The translations under genes were made by a program, and so were the position numbers. A model generated the notes under the pieces. The model ran no database searches. It was not told the DNA's origin and worked only from the letters and a program-made list of their open reading frames with translations. A stretch of DNA of 64,000 nucleotides from Octopus sinensis (lineage: Eukaryota), in assembly GCF_006345805.1 (NCBI RefSeq), contig NW_021833301.1, positions 1-64,000 of the forward strand, given 5' to 3'. Shown here piece after piece: positions 11,643-25,418 of this stretch; the stretch's first letter is position 1, and each line of letters begins with the position of its first letter.

Positions 11643-12083
11643 AGTTTTATTTCACGTACCTTCAGTCATCTCAGCTGGAAAAATATGGGTCATACCCATA
11701 ATTCAAAAGGCCAGCCTTGCCACATTCTGTGTCACGCTGAATTAGGGTGCGCATGTCTGTGGAGTGCTCAGCCAGTATCACGTTAATTTCACGAGCAGAC
11801 ACCTTATTCGATGCTGTTTGGACTGGTGCACAGTGTACTATGCATCAGATGTGGAAGTGATTGCGCGGCAACGTGAGATGAAGTGTTTTACTAAAGAACA
11901 CAACACACCACCCGATCTACGATTTGAAACCACGATCTCGTAATCGTGAGTGCAACACCCTAACCATTAGACCATACGTTCTCACTTAATATAAGTTTAC
12001 TATGTATGTAATAATGAAATTATATATTATGCCCTTTATTGTGTTTCGTTATGTGCGTGATCTGTCGGTCTCTGAACAATATT

Positions 12084-12506
12084 TTTTTTATTGCCCCCCG
12101 GAGGCTAAACATAGAGGGGACAAACAAGGACAAAGAGATTAAGTCGATTAGATTGACCCCGGTGCGTAACTGGTACTTATTTAATCGAGCCCGAAAGGAT
12201 GAAAAGCAAAGTCGACCTCGGCGGATTTTGAACTCAGAACGTAATGGCAGACGAAATAACGCGCTAACGTTTCTTATTTCTTTACTTCCCACAAGGGGCT
12301 ACACACAGAGGGGACAAACAAAGACAGACAAATGGATTAAGTCAATTACATCGACCCCAGTGCTTAACTGGTACTTATTTAATCGACCACGAAAGGATGA
12401 AAGGCAAAATCGACCTCAGCGAAATTTGAACTCAGAACGTAGTGACAGACGAAACACCGTAAGCATTTCGCCTGGTGTGCTAACGTTTGTGCCAGCTCAC
12501 CGACCT
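12084..12506 (-). mobile_element. SINE family A dimer, both units with the Tx1-like tail (tail A)
   Basis: Head plus body (gagttcaaat B-box) plus tail A, then a second body plus tail A. The flanking repeat gtctctgaacaatatt lies at 12068-12083 and 12515-12530. Confidence 0.85.
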
Positions 12507-12989
12507 ACAATATTGTCTCTGAACAATATTGTCTTGCATGAAACTAGTCTGTGATCCAAAATCGTTTGGGAGCTGCTCATCTAAATCTCAGGTGGTCTTA
12601 AAATCATTTTGAAGCTATTTTAACGAGTTTAGCTTGCCAGATTCAGTTGCTCTGATAAGCAGCTTGGACGATTCCGTTCACAGTCGCCCATATTCTATGT
12701 GGTACATCTATTGTCACATACGAAATTTGGCTGTTCTAGCGATAGTTGAGATATTAGTAATAAGTGCTTTTGATCCGAACAAGACTATTTCTATGTAGTT
12801 TTTTGAGTTAGGGCAACTACACCTTAGTAAAAATTTTGCTATCCCCTCCCCCTTCCACCACTATATAGATTAGTTTGAAAAGATAATTGAGCTACAAATC
12901 CAGAACTGACGTAGAGTAAACCAAAGTTGATGTGTAAACCAGAGCTGTGGCGTTAAAGAAACAAACATATTTGCGTTCTGTTGGTAATT

Positions 12990-13390
12990 TAACGTTGGTT
13001 TCAAATTTTAGAACAATGCCAGAAATACTGGGGGATGGAATAAGTCGATTACGTGGACCTCAGTGCTCAAGTGGTACTTATTTCATCGGCCCCGAAAGTA
13101 ATTCCAACTCAGAACGTAATGGTGGACGAAACGCCATTAAGCATTTTGTCTGACGTCCAACTCGCCATCTTTGTTGGTAATTTTATATTGACGTTAAGGT
13201 GGTGAGCTGGACAAAGCGCTTAGTGACATTACTGTTGGTTCTTTATGTTCTGAGTTCAAACGCCACCAATGTCGATTTTGTCTTTCATTCTTTCTGGGTC
13301 GATAAAATCCGCACTGGTTGAACACTGGAGTCTGCATCGGTTAAGCACTCGACATTCCCCTCCATCGAGAAAGAATTTAACATTGGTGTT
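12990..13390 (+). mobile_element. Two degraded SINE family A-related fragments
   Basis: Recognisable aagtcgatta..gtggtacttatttcatcggccccgaaag and gttctgagttcaaa..gtcgattttg segments. Confidence 0.55.
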
Positions 13391-13986
13391 GTTTGTGTTC
13401 GCTTAGTGTAATACTGATTTTTGTGTCTTTTATTTCTGAGACCCATTTGAGATCGAGGGGCTATCATAATTTACGTTACAGCCGAAAACTTTCCAGTTTT
13501 TGTTGTTTGTTTTATCGGAGACTAGAATAATCTTAGACAGTAAAAAAACAATTTCAGGGTGATTGATCTGCTGTCTCTAGCAGATCGAGTGTCATCATAG
13601 ATAGATGATTCCTCATAGGCTCAAGAAATGTCAGTGTCGTTTGACTATGTGCTTCAATACCAATACCAATATTTATTGGCAATGGCAAATATTAGCGCTG
13701 TTAACGAGGTCAATTTTGTCTTTATCATCTGACCATATGTCACCGCTTGTATTTAGCTTAGTTATTGTTCTTGTTATTGTTTCAACTTTTGGTTGAGTAG
13801 ATTTGTGACCAAAGACGTTCTAACCGAGCCATAATCGATCTTTTTATAGGTATCTAGAACAACATTATCAAACCAATCATTCCCGTATTTGCGCTGATGG
13901 GACGTTTATATAAGAGAAATTTGATTGCTGATTCCAGAAAATTGAGCGACCAAGTAGACTTTACCTCTTTCGTTGATTGTTAGTGA

Positions 13987-14400
13987 TAGGCGTAGGAGTG
14001 GCTGTGTGGTAAGTAGCTTGCTTACGGACTACATGGTTCCGGGTTCAGTTCCACTGTGTGGCACCTTGGGCAAGTGTCTTCTATTATAGCCTCGGGCCGA
14101 CCAAAGCCTTATGAGTGGACTTGGTAGACGGAAACTGAAAGAATCCTGTCGTATATATATATGTGTGAGTGTGTGTGTGTGTATGTTTGTGTGTCTGTGT
14201 TTGTCCCACCAGCACAACATCGCTTGACAACCGATGCTGGTGTGTTTACGTCCCTGTAACTTAGCGGGTCGGCAAAAGAGACCGATAGAATAAGTACTAG
14301 GCTTGCAAAGAATAAGTCCTGGGGTCGATGTGTTCGACTAAAAAAGGTGGTGCTCCAGCATGGCCACAGTCAAATGACTGAAACAAGTAAAAGGGTAAAA
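13987..14400 (+). mobile_element. tRNA-derived SINE family B (CORE-like), full length
   Basis: taggcgtaggagtggctgtgtggtaag head, gggttcagttcc B-box, CORE-like ccttgggcaagt, internal (TA/TG)n, and tail ccagcatggccacagtcaaatgactgaaacaagt. Confidence 0.88.
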
Positions 14401-15305
14401 GAGAGAAAATGAGATATTGGTATTTCAAGTACCATAACGCTATATATTATTCGTACCTCAATTACAAAACCAAAATTTTGTAATTTATTTGGAGATATCA
14501 CGTTATCGAACCTAACAATATAAGACCAGTCATGATTTCATTTATCTATGTTTGTGACAGCCTTACATAATTCTGCGCTACTTGTTAATTTAACAGCGTA
14601 TAAATGATTTCACCACGTATCCGTGGGAAGTAGAAATTCGTTAGAGTATTATATGGAGAATTTCACATTGCAGATAGAACAGAGGTTTCGTGAATGTGTT
14701 AGTACGCCAATTAGTTAGAAAACATCAATAACGGAGGCGTATGCAAGGCTGCAATTTACAACAAGTATGTCAGCTTATAAGGCTTCCGAACTGGATGGAA
14801 TGTAGTTGGAGTTATTGGAGAACGTGAGATATTTACAAAGTGATATAAATTGCTAGTCAAGGAAGATTATAAATGCTATCATAAAAATGATATATTACTC
14901 CAATTTCAAATATATGCTGAACGAACGATGCCGACTTTCATCAAATTGGTAACAACATAGCGTTGAAGATGTTCTGAAAATGAGCAAACAAAGATACGAA
15001 AATACGAAAATATTTCTGGTATATGTCATATAAATATACGAGGTCAGAGACCATAAAATAGTATTTATCTCTCTACCGTCAAAAACATGTAGATTGTTAG
15101 GTGGGTTTATTTCAACTATTGCTGTTTATATCAAGCTCAGCCCTGATCATGCGGACCAGTAATGATATACATAAGGAATCTAAGACTGTTCTATCGGACT
15201 GTGGTATATTTGAGCTCACCTTGGCTTTATATAGTCCTGTAAGTTTAAAATTTCTGCTGGGATGAGCTGACCTCTGTTGAATATTACGTTGTGTATATAT
15301 ATATG

Positions 15306-15337
<32 letters not shown>

Positions 15338-15442
15338 TGTATGTATGTATGTATGTATGTATGTTTGTATGTATATATATATTATATATATATATATATA
15401 TAATATATATATATTATATATATATATATACACATATATGTA

Positions 15443-15474
<32 letters not shown>

Positions 15475-16475
15475 ACCGATGCGGTTGTACATAGAGTAAA
15501 TCTGTTTGAAAGTTGTTTTTTTTTTGGGGGGGGGGGGAATGTTTGTCCCCAAACAACACTTATTTTAGTGCAGTTGACACCGGCGGATGTAATAGTACTG
15601 CCCAGGTGTCGAAACCATAATGATAACCGTGGGGCAGCTGATGATGGAGGTAAGTTGGATTGTTGGTATTACTGTTTTTGTATATGTGGAATAGTATTAT
15701 AACACAACCTTTTGACATATATATATATCAGAAGAAATAAGGTACTCAGAAATCTGAATGGTTTTATATTTACAAATTTTTATTAATATGTCACATGTTT
15801 TTATAAATCATATATTAGCGCTTGCATCTACTCTAGTAGACTCTCCAGATCTGACTGTGTTTGAGATGATTCCACTCCTTTTCTAGTATTATTGAGTGTG
15901 TTGGGGTAGGGAGAAACATAGGATAGTAAAAGAGGGTGAGGAATGGGGAGGAAGTGAGAGTGTGTTCATGTGTGTGTGTGTGTTGTGTGTATGTATGTGG
16001 TGTGTGTATGTGATTGTATCTGTGTCTATGTCTGTATCTGAAAGGGTGTGTCAGTGAAAAAGAGAAGGAAAGAAAGAAGAAGAGAGAAAGAAGAAAAAAT
16101 TTGTTTACATCGTTACACCTGGTCAGTTCTTTCAATAGAAATTAATGAGTTGATTTTTGGCCTTTAAAAATAGTAAAAGCAGGTGGCTACGCTGAGGGGG
16201 GGCTCTTGATAAAAGTTATTTTTCAAAAAATTGTCTGGATCTTTTTATCATCGTCATCATCATTGTCCAGTGAGATAGCGTGTGTGTTTTTGCGGGTGTG
16301 TGTCTGTGTATGTGTGTGTATGTGTGTGTGTGCATGCGTGTGTGTGTGTGTGCCTGTTATCTGAAAGTAGTGCCAATGGAAAAGAATGCACGTCCCATTA
16401 CTACTATCACCACCGGTGGTGGTGGTGGTGACAGTGGTGGTGATGGTGGTAGTGGTGGTGGTGGTGGTAGTAGTG

Positions 16476-16541
<66 letters not shown>

Positions 16542-16985
16542 ATGGAACATGCACTGTAACACCGGGTCTCTGATCTACAGGTCTGTTTGAGTAGTCATAG
16601 CTACTGAAGGCTTTACGAAGTCGGTGTGCAAATCCTTCCTCAGCCACTTTTAGACCCCTTTTTACGGCTCGAAGAGGAAGCGTTCATTCAATTCTTTGGC
16701 AGGCTGAAGACCCACACAGCATTAGAGCAGCGTGAAATGAAGTGTTTTGCTCAAGGGCACGGGAATTGAACCCACGTCCTCCAGTGATAGTATTGTGGAA
16801 GACACTTGTTTGTTCAACATATCTGAATGGTTCTGGTTTGGAGTTGGCAAAATTATAAGCACTGGCGCATTAGTAGGGATTGTACTGGTACAAATATTTT
16901 AATAAGGAGAGCGTAAATCCTAAGTATGTGTGAGGAAGTTCCTATATATGTATATATGTATGTATGTATCTATGTATGTATCTCT

Positions 16986-17021
<36 letters not shown>

Positions 17022-17084
17022 ACTATAATATATAATGATGAGACACGTGTTATTCTGTCTCTAAATTGTATGTTGATGTTTTGG

Positions 17085-17297
17085 CGTACCCACTGATGAG
17101 AACTCGGCCTAGCAAGTTATTTTATTTGCTAATTAGAGTTTGAAACCGAGGTATGGCCATAAAAATACAAGGTAATTTTTTTTTTCATTCCCTTCAAAAT
17201 TTGCTCTTAAATGTGATTTTGGTCGTTTTGACTGCTCCCTCTAGCGTGTAAGGCTGTCTGTTAAAGGTCGCCTCTTTTGTATTTAATGTACACTATT

Positions 17298-17310
<13 letters not shown>
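17085..17310 (+). mobile_element. Short Penelope-like terminal fragment with hammerhead motif
   Basis: Hammerhead at 17090-17156. The downstream part matches 57790-57930 and ends at (TA)n. Confidence 0.55.
17090..17156 (+). ncRNA. Minimal type-I hammerhead ribozyme motif
   Basis: cca|CTGATGA|gaactc..tagcaa..ttgcta..gagttt|GAAA|cc ga gg T A|tgg: canonical core, two-part stem II, GUA triplet, 3-bp stem I. Confidence 0.7.
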
Positions 17311-17381
<71 letters not shown>

Positions 17382-17528
17382 GGGGAGGGAGAGAGAGAGA
17401 GAAGGGGGAGGGAGAGAGAGAGAGATGTAGATAGATAGAAATACGTGTCGGACATATATTCTAACTGAAAATAGACATAAAGTTGCAATGTTCAGCTTCG
17501 ACATTCTCCTCATTTAAATGTGTGTGTG

Positions 17529-17581
<53 letters not shown>

Positions 17582-17720
17582 GTATGTATGTATGTATGTA
17601 TGTATGTATGTTTTAAATCATTTTCTGGAAATAAACATACGATGAAGTTGTTGAGAGTTCTTCGAATGATAAGCGTTGGTGAAAGTGGCGAACAGAAAGA
17701 CAGACAGAGGAACAGGCAGG

Positions 17721-17772
<52 letters not shown>

Positions 17773-17919
17773 GAGAGAGAGAGGAACAACAAAAGGACCG
17801 AGAGAGGAGAGAGAGACTGAGACAGAGTGAGAGTGGACGAAGGAAAGAACTGAAATATCCGGCATAATTATTATAGTAACGAACGTCCTTCATCATCACC
17901 ATCAGCATCATCATTATCA

Positions 17920-17962
<43 letters not shown>

Positions 17963-17969
17963 TCATCAC

Positions 17970-18006
<37 letters not shown>

Positions 18007-19304
18007 TTCTGCAGCAGCAACAGTAATGATTAATTTTTCTTTTTTTCTTTTTCCACTTGAAGCCACACATCCACACACATCTTATTTTATAAGTGCCACA
18101 TACTATTTTTTTTCTTGTATTTTCGTTCCTTTTTCTTTTTTTTTATTTACATTTTAATATATCGTGCCCCTTAACTGCAACATCCCGGGACTTCTACCCT
18201 GTTATCGGATTTTCTGAGTTTTTTTTTTTTTAATAAAAAAAAAATTGTGTTTCGTGGGGTGGAGGAGTATTAGTCTCTTTTTCGCAGTAGAGAGAGTGCC
18301 GTGGGTCATAAAGGGTCGGACGTGGTAAGAGGGTGTGTAAAAAAACATACAAAAAGAAGGCAAGCGAAAGAGGGGCCGGGAATAAAACAGCGGCGGTGAC
18401 AGTGGTGGTAGTCGTGGTGATGGTGTTTATGGTGGCGGCGGTTGTGGTGAATGTGGTGGTGGTGTGATGGTGGTGGTGATGATGGCGAAGTCGATGGCGA
18501 AGTCGATGGCGAAGTCGATGGCGAAGTCGATGGCTACGGCATCGGTATTGGTGGTGTTGGTGGTGGTGGTGGTTCTGCTGCTGATGCTGTTGACGTCGAC
18601 AGAGGTGGCGGCGGCGATGGCAGTGGTGGTGGTGGTTGTGGTGGCGGCGGCGTTGTTGGTGGTGTTGGTGGTGGTGGCGGCGGCGGTGAAGGAGGTGGTG
18701 GTGATGTCAGCGGTGGTGCTGGTGACGGTGGTGTTGGTGGCGGTGGTGTTGGTGGCGGCGGTGTTGGTGGCGGTGTGGATGGGGTGGGTTGGCAGAGGGA
18801 AAAGAAAAGGGTAAGAGGCTGCTTAAAGTAAAATTGTTATAAGAGATGACAGCAAAACTTTAAAAAACAAAAATCAGAAAATATATTAAAACTATTTTCG
18901 GTTTCTTTTTTTGAAAAAAAAAATTGCCGAATTAACAAAAATTGCCAAAAAACAAAAATTCAAAAACCATTAAATAAACTTTAAAAAAAACGATAATGAA
19001 AGAAGCGAAGACAACTGATAAGCTGAATTAAGATTCCAGATGAAAAATGGTTAAAATAGTTTGATTGGTGGATGTTATGATGTTAGATGATGAAGGAAGC
19101 TGAGCTGAGAGGTCTGTGGATGTTGTATGTGTGACATGTAATTGGTTAGCATCCCGTCATCAGTATAAAAGACTATGGTAATAATGATGGGATGTTGTTG
19201 CTCCTGATGTTGTTGATGATGATAGTTATGTTGACGATGATTGATGATAGTGATGACGACGAAGTTGATGATAATGACGATGATGCTGATGATGATGTTT
19301 AACT

Positions 19305-19357
<53 letters not shown>

Positions 19358-20954
19358 GTGGTGATGATGAGGATGATGACTGGAGTACTAGGGGGTTTTG
19401 ATGATGACAACGATGGCGGCGTTGCCGAAAACGATCGCGAATACGATGATGTATGATGATCATGATGATCATGATGATCATGATAATCATCATTATCATC
19501 GTCGTCGTCATCATCATCATCATCATCATCGTCATCATCATTATCATTGTCATCATCACCGTCATCACCATTATCATCATCATCACCATCATCATTTTCA
19601 TCATCATGAGGAGGAGGATAAAAAGGAGGATTTTAGTCATGATGATGTAGAGATGGACGTGGAGTTGAAGAGAATGGTTCGTAATCAAACTTGAAGGGCA
19701 TGACATGATGTTTCTGGCGAAACTGCCACCAACGATTGAACTAATAACGATGATTGTTATCCTCATATCTTTGTCTCATATGATGGTCATGTGACAAAAT
19801 CACAGTAATTTTGCTCCATGCTCCAGCACTTTAGGTATTGAGTTCAATCCCACAGTGAGCAACTTTGCTTTTGATTCTTCAGATCTCCCTCAACTGAATC
19901 ACCAGTCAAATATTCGGACCGACAAAATCGATTATGGCCGTCCTTGAAATTTCTGGCCTTGTCCCTATGTAAGAAATTGACAAAATCGTTAGAATGTCGG
20001 GCCAAAAACCTTGCAGTAATTCTTATCACTATTTATGATCTAACTCCTAATCTCCCTGAGGTCAAATTTGCTTTTCATCATTTCGAGGAAGATCAAAATA
20101 TTTTAAAAAATAAAATAAAAACGACGACTGCTTCCTCTCCCCTCAAAAAAAACTTTCAGACTGGACGGTCGTAGATACATCCCATGCGACGATATCGTAC
20201 TACAAACACCCGTACAGTTTCCGAGCATTGCTGGCTAGTGAAGTTATGTGAAACGGCTGTTATGCATAAGCACGCGCGTATGCTTGCGTGTAATATGTGT
20301 ATATATGGATGTGTGTGAGTGTGGGGGTTGTATGCGCTCTGTGTGTGTGTGTGTAACTAAACATGTTTAATTACAATCAGACAACCGTGTCGGCGCAAAA
20401 TATTCTGCCACGTGACACTAACGTACGGACATAGCAGAAAACGTACAGAGGGTTCTAAACTTGATCCCGTGTTCATTCTCAACAAACACTCGACAGAAAA
20501 CATTCAGAGAATTGATTGTTTAGTAGTACCACTAGACTTGTTCAGTCAACTGTATCAGCCTTAACTTACAACGGTAAACATTGTCACTTGATACTAAGAC
20601 ACGGACGTAGCGGGGAACCTACAAAAATTTCTAAGACCAGTCATGTAACTATCCTCTACCAATCAAACCCTATTCAAAACGTATACTAATTTGAGCCATG
20701 AACTCCCTATAAAAATAGGGCAAGCTTCAAACACTAATCAGGAGCAAAACAGTTGCGACATAAGCCACATCATTCTATTTCAAATTTTTGAAAATCAGTG
20801 TAATCTGTGAAACCGGTTAGATCATTCAATAAAATAATAAAAAATATTTCAACTATTCTCAGTGCATTTTCGACTTGTATTTTCCCTATATGTATGTATG
20901 TATGTATGTATGTAGGTAGGTAGGTAGGTAGGTAGGTAGGTAGGCATGTACATA

Positions 20955-22225
20955 TTGGATCATCCCATAAATAATGCAGTTTTTAATACTTATTTTATTT
21001 TTCAAAATTAAGATAAAGTTCGTTTTTAGTTTAAAATATACTCTCCTTCATTTTGTACAATGGTCTTCCATCTTGCAAGGCCCCTCTTCCAAAATTTACT
21101 TGTCTGTGACGCAAAATTACTCCTCCAGTACTGTTCTGACCTCTATAGAATTCATAGTTTTTCCGTTCAAATGATTTTGAAAACTGCGGAATAAATTATA
21201 ATCAGATGGAGCAATGTCCGGCGAATATAGTGAGTGGGACATCGTTTACCATTCAAACTGCTCCAGACTTTGGAATATCAACCTTTTTGTATGTGGCCGA
21301 GCATTATCCTGAAGGAAGAACACCTAATATCTTGAAACCAAAGATGATCGTTTTCCTTGTAAGGCTGACTTAAGCCGCTGAAACAGCTTGCAGTAGAGCT
21401 CCTTTGTTATCGTTTGGGTTGGATTTAAAAGTTCAAAGAAGATTAAATATTTCTTATCCCACCAAAGAGATAACACCTTACGTGGGTGGAGATCTTCTTT
21501 AGCCTGGGGTGCTGGTGTTTCTCCTTTCCCTACCCACTGACTTCGGCGTTTGATATTTTTATAGAGAACCCATTTCTGGTCACCAGTCACTATTCAGTCC
21601 AAAAAGGGTTCATTGGTGAGACGTAACAGCAGAGAAGAGCACACATTCACACTCTGCGCGCGATAGGCTCCGAAAGTTTGTGAGCAACACATTGACAGAA
21701 TTTCTTGATTTTCCGATGGTACACGAGTGTCGATGAATGGCTGAATGACCAAATCCAAGCTCCTTTGCTACTTCCTCAACGGTTACGATGGGATTTTGTT
21801 CCACCAGGATTTGCAGGATGTCTTTGTCTAGCTCTAAATATCATCCAGCACGAGGTACGTTTTGTAGGCTGTAATTTTCTGCTCGGAATTTCTGGAACCA
21901 CCGTTGATACTGGCTTACACTTATTGTCCGATCCTCATATATTGCGTTAATAATCCTCGCACATTCCGTCGCGTTGTTGCCTTTATTGAACTCATAAAGC
22001 AAAATATGCCGAATATGTTCCATTGTCACTTCCATTATAGCTTTGAAAAATTAGATGTTAAAATCGACCTGCACTCTTCAAAACTTGCACTAAGAATAAG
22101 GACAAGGTAAAATTACTACCTGCTTTTATAGCAACTTCATGTAGGTAGTTTATCTCGTCCCCCACCCATAAATAATCCGGTTTTTTCAATTGCTTGAGCA
22201 ATTGAAAAATAACGCATTATTTGTG
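20955..22225 (-). mobile_element. Decayed mariner (DD34D-type) transposon
   Basis: MEHIRHILLYEFNKGNNATECAR..RWFQKFR (HTH), TVEEVAKELG, TGDQKWVLYKNIKRRSQW..LHPRKV..WWD, LQDNARPH. TIR-like tattggatcatcccataaataatgcagttttt near 20955. Confidence 0.9.
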
Positions 22226-22292
22226 ACCGCGTGTGTATTGTTGGCGATTTTCTTTCTCAGTCTTCCCTTCCTCGGACCTTTCCTTTTTCTAT

Positions 22293-22327
22293 GTTTCTGA
22301 GGAAGAGTTCTGCTCGAAACGTTAAAC
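22293..22327 (+). ncRNA. Minimal type-I hammerhead ribozyme motif
   Basis: gttt|CTGAGGA|a|gagt tct gctc|GAAA cg T T|aaac; palindromic stem III (ACGT); sits in a ~150-bp element ending at (TA)n near 22410. Confidence 0.65.
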
Positions 22328-22418
22328 CCTCCTTCTTACTTTCCTTTCCTGGGCATCCAATAACGCTATACTTGTTCCACGTCCTCGCGTTGTTGTGTTT
22401 TCTCTTTATATACATACA

Positions 22419-22518
<100 letters not shown>

Positions 22519-22519
22519 C

Positions 22520-22550
<31 letters not shown>

Positions 22551-23382
22551 CACACGAGCGAGAGAGAGTGAGAGAGAGAGGGAATAACAAGAATGGAGAA
22601 GGTATGGAAAGAATTTTGAAAAGAAGTGGGAGTTTAATTTGAAATTGTAAACTGAAATAATGATGTTTGCTGTTGTCCAATATTGGGTGGTTCATTAAGT
22701 CTAATGTGTTGGGGGTAGAAGCGCCAACATTAGAAGGAGTGGCGTCAGCGTCAGCCTCGACGCCGGCGTCGGCAGCGGCAGCAGTTGTTGTTTGTTGCGG
22801 GGCGATGTATTAGCGTGAAACAGAAATTGAAATGTTGTCGTTGGCCGATTCAAATATTGCGATTTGTGGTGTTAGCCGGGAGGGGGAGGGGCAAGAGAGT
22901 TCAAGTGATGGTTAAGGATTGAACTGGCGGGGAGGGCAGATTTTATGCTTTTGCCTGTTTTTGTTATTGTTGTTATTTTGGTAGTGGCGATGCCTGTGGT
23001 GAATGGCAAGGCTGGTTATGGCGATTATGATTGTGATCGTGATGGTTAATACTGAAGTTGTTCCGAGTTTTCTTTATTGTTGTGGTGGTGGCGGTGGAAG
23101 TGGAAGTGGTGGTGGTGGTGGATTTTGTACAAGTCAACAGAGGACGATAAAGAGTTCGACAATTATGATGACGACAACGACGACGACGATGATGATGATG
23201 ATAGTTATGTTGATGATAAAGATGACAATGTTGATGATAATGCTGATGATAAAAACGGTGATAAAGAGAGATATGTAAAGAAGGAGGAAGAAAAAAAGGA
23301 GAAGGATAGAACGTGGATGGTTACGAAGGTTCTAGTGGTAGTAGTGGAGCCGAGAACGACAATGATGATGGTTATGGGGACA

Positions 23383-23652
23383 TAAACACACCACCATCGA
23401 TTTTCAAGCGATGTTGGAGGGACAAACACAGACACACAAACATATATACACACATACATACATATATACAGGTATATATATATATATACATATATAAGAC
23501 AGGCTTCTTTCAGTTTCAGTCTACGAAATCCACTTACAAGGCTTTGGTCAGCCCGAGGCTATAGGTGCCCAAGGTGCCACGCAGTGGAACTGAGCCCGGA
23601 ACCATGTGGTTTTCTAAGCGAGCTACTTACCACACAGCCACTCCTATGCCTA
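23383..23652 (-). mobile_element. SINE family B (lacking 3' tail)
   Basis: Reverse complement of the family-B head and body. Confidence 0.85.
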
Positions 23653-23984
23653 TGAATACACGTTCATAGAAACATACTAAAGTCTCTTCTAAATAATAAT
23701 TGAAATATATGTTATCTATACGTAACAATTTTTATAATACATATATGTGTGTATGCGTGTGTGAGCGTATTGGTGTGTGTTTGTGTGTGTGTGCGTGTGT
23801 GTATGTGTGTATGTGTGTCAATGCGTGTGGATGTGCATGTGTACGAGTGTGTATATGTATGAATGAATGAATGTAGACCATACAAACACAAGCACATACA
23901 TATGTATATGTGCGTATGTATGTGTATATGTACACACACACACACACCACACACACCCCACACACACACATATATATATACTAA

Positions 23985-24810
23985 GAAAAAGGCTTTTATT
24001 TGTTTTTCGAACTCGTCAAGACAAAATCTTAATCAGAATTGTAAAAACAGGATGTTTCGTTGTTGATTTATATGAATCGGATATTTTTTTTTTGGGGGGG
24101 GGGGTATTTTTTTGTTTACAAGAGAATATTGCTTTTGCTTTTCGGCGTGAAAAAGGGAGGAGAGAGAAAGAAAAGCAAGGCGGGGGAAATAGACAGAGAG
24201 GGATGTTTCAGAACAATCAAGAAAGAGGAGCAAAACATAAGACAAACAGACGGACAGACACCCCTTACGAAAGAGTGAACGCCAACCAAAACAATCTCAA
24301 AAGACACCCCACAAGAGCAAAATTCACACCAGAGAAAGAATCAGAATTCTCCGTAAAAGAAAGTGGAGATAGCCGATGTGGAACATGCAACAATAACAAC
24401 AAGTTCAAATACTTAGAAAGGGGTTCCCACATAAAATTCAAGAGCGGATTTTCGTTCAAAGTAAATGCAGATATGACCTGTAAGAATCTCATATACTGTA
24501 TTACTCGCCACAACTACAAGGAAAATTACATTGGCGAAACGAACAATTCCCTCTGCCAATGTGCAAGAATCCACGGACAACATATCCGACAGGAGGAATT
24601 GCGTAAGATTCCACTGAGCAAGCATCTAGAAATATGCTGTGAAAGAAAGTTGTTTGTGAATGTGGTTCCAATGTTGATAACGTGATATTCATCTCTGTAA
24701 ATAATCATATATATATACAAAATCATATATATACCAAATTTAGACAAATGGACACCTTTTATGCTAAACATAGACATCAAATCGTCATTACCACGAAGAA
24801 TGTGATCCAG
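23985..24810 (+). mobile_element. Penelope-like element fragment with GIY-YIG endonuclease remnant
   Basis: TCKNLIYCITRHNYKENYIGETNNSL..RIHGQHIR..PLSKHL at about 24475-24630, the PLE-type LIY-x-YIG pattern. Confidence 0.8.
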
Positions 24811-24849
24811 TTAAAGTGAAAGCATTTGAAAGATACACCCAAAAATAAA

Positions 24850-25180
24850 TTGTAGAACTTTATACGTGATCGATTTCAGTTGAGCTTTCTGTATCTAGTT
24901 CTGGAAATTATGTTTTGTAAACCACAGACTATGCTGATGATCTTGCAGATATTTGCGTGTTCATATACGTAAATATCAACAAGTGAAACCAATGTTACAT
25001 AGGTAAACGTTTTTTTTTTTATTTCGTATATTTTCATTTGTCTTATTTTTACATTTTGGTATTTAGCTGAGATTGTTCTTGAGAACACATTCTTCGTAGT
25101 AATGGCGATTTGACGTCTATGTTTAGCATAACGGGTGTCCACTTTAGTAGTCATTCTTCTAAATTTTGTATGTAACACAA
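24850..25180 (-). mobile_element. Inverted partial copy of the same Penelope-like family
   Basis: 25087-25143 is the reverse complement of 24748-24806; a further direct partial copy lies at about 26735-26790. Confidence 0.6.
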
Positions 25181-25384
25181 TTTTTAATCTTCGGATTTTT
25201 TAAATATGCTAAGCCACTGGTTTTAATTGATTAATATCAATTTCTACCCTAATTATTTAATTTTAATTTTATATATATATATATATATAATATATATATA
25301 TATCTATATATATATATATATAATATATGGGTGTGTGTGTGTGTGTGGTGTGTGTTTGTGTGTGTGTGTGTGTTGTGTGTGTGT

Positions 25385-25418
<34 letters not shown>

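Larger units (their letters stand above)
11110..11810 (+). mobile_element. tRNA-derived SINE (family C), interrupted by an insertion at 11190-11642
   Basis: Head with B-box gagttcgattcc at about 11151. The body resumes at 11644 (ttttatttcacg..ctcagctgg..aaaaat), matching the uninterrupted copy at 33913-34155. Confidence 0.65.

Noticed and set aside
13987-14070. tRNA-like A/B-box sequences at SINE heads as tRNA genes
   Set aside because: No complete cloverleaf; each continues into a SINE body present in many copies.
14560-15010. Possible decayed hAT-like transposase (YYMENFTLQIEQRF)
   Set aside because: One short resemblance, multiple stops, and no TIR or other motif.
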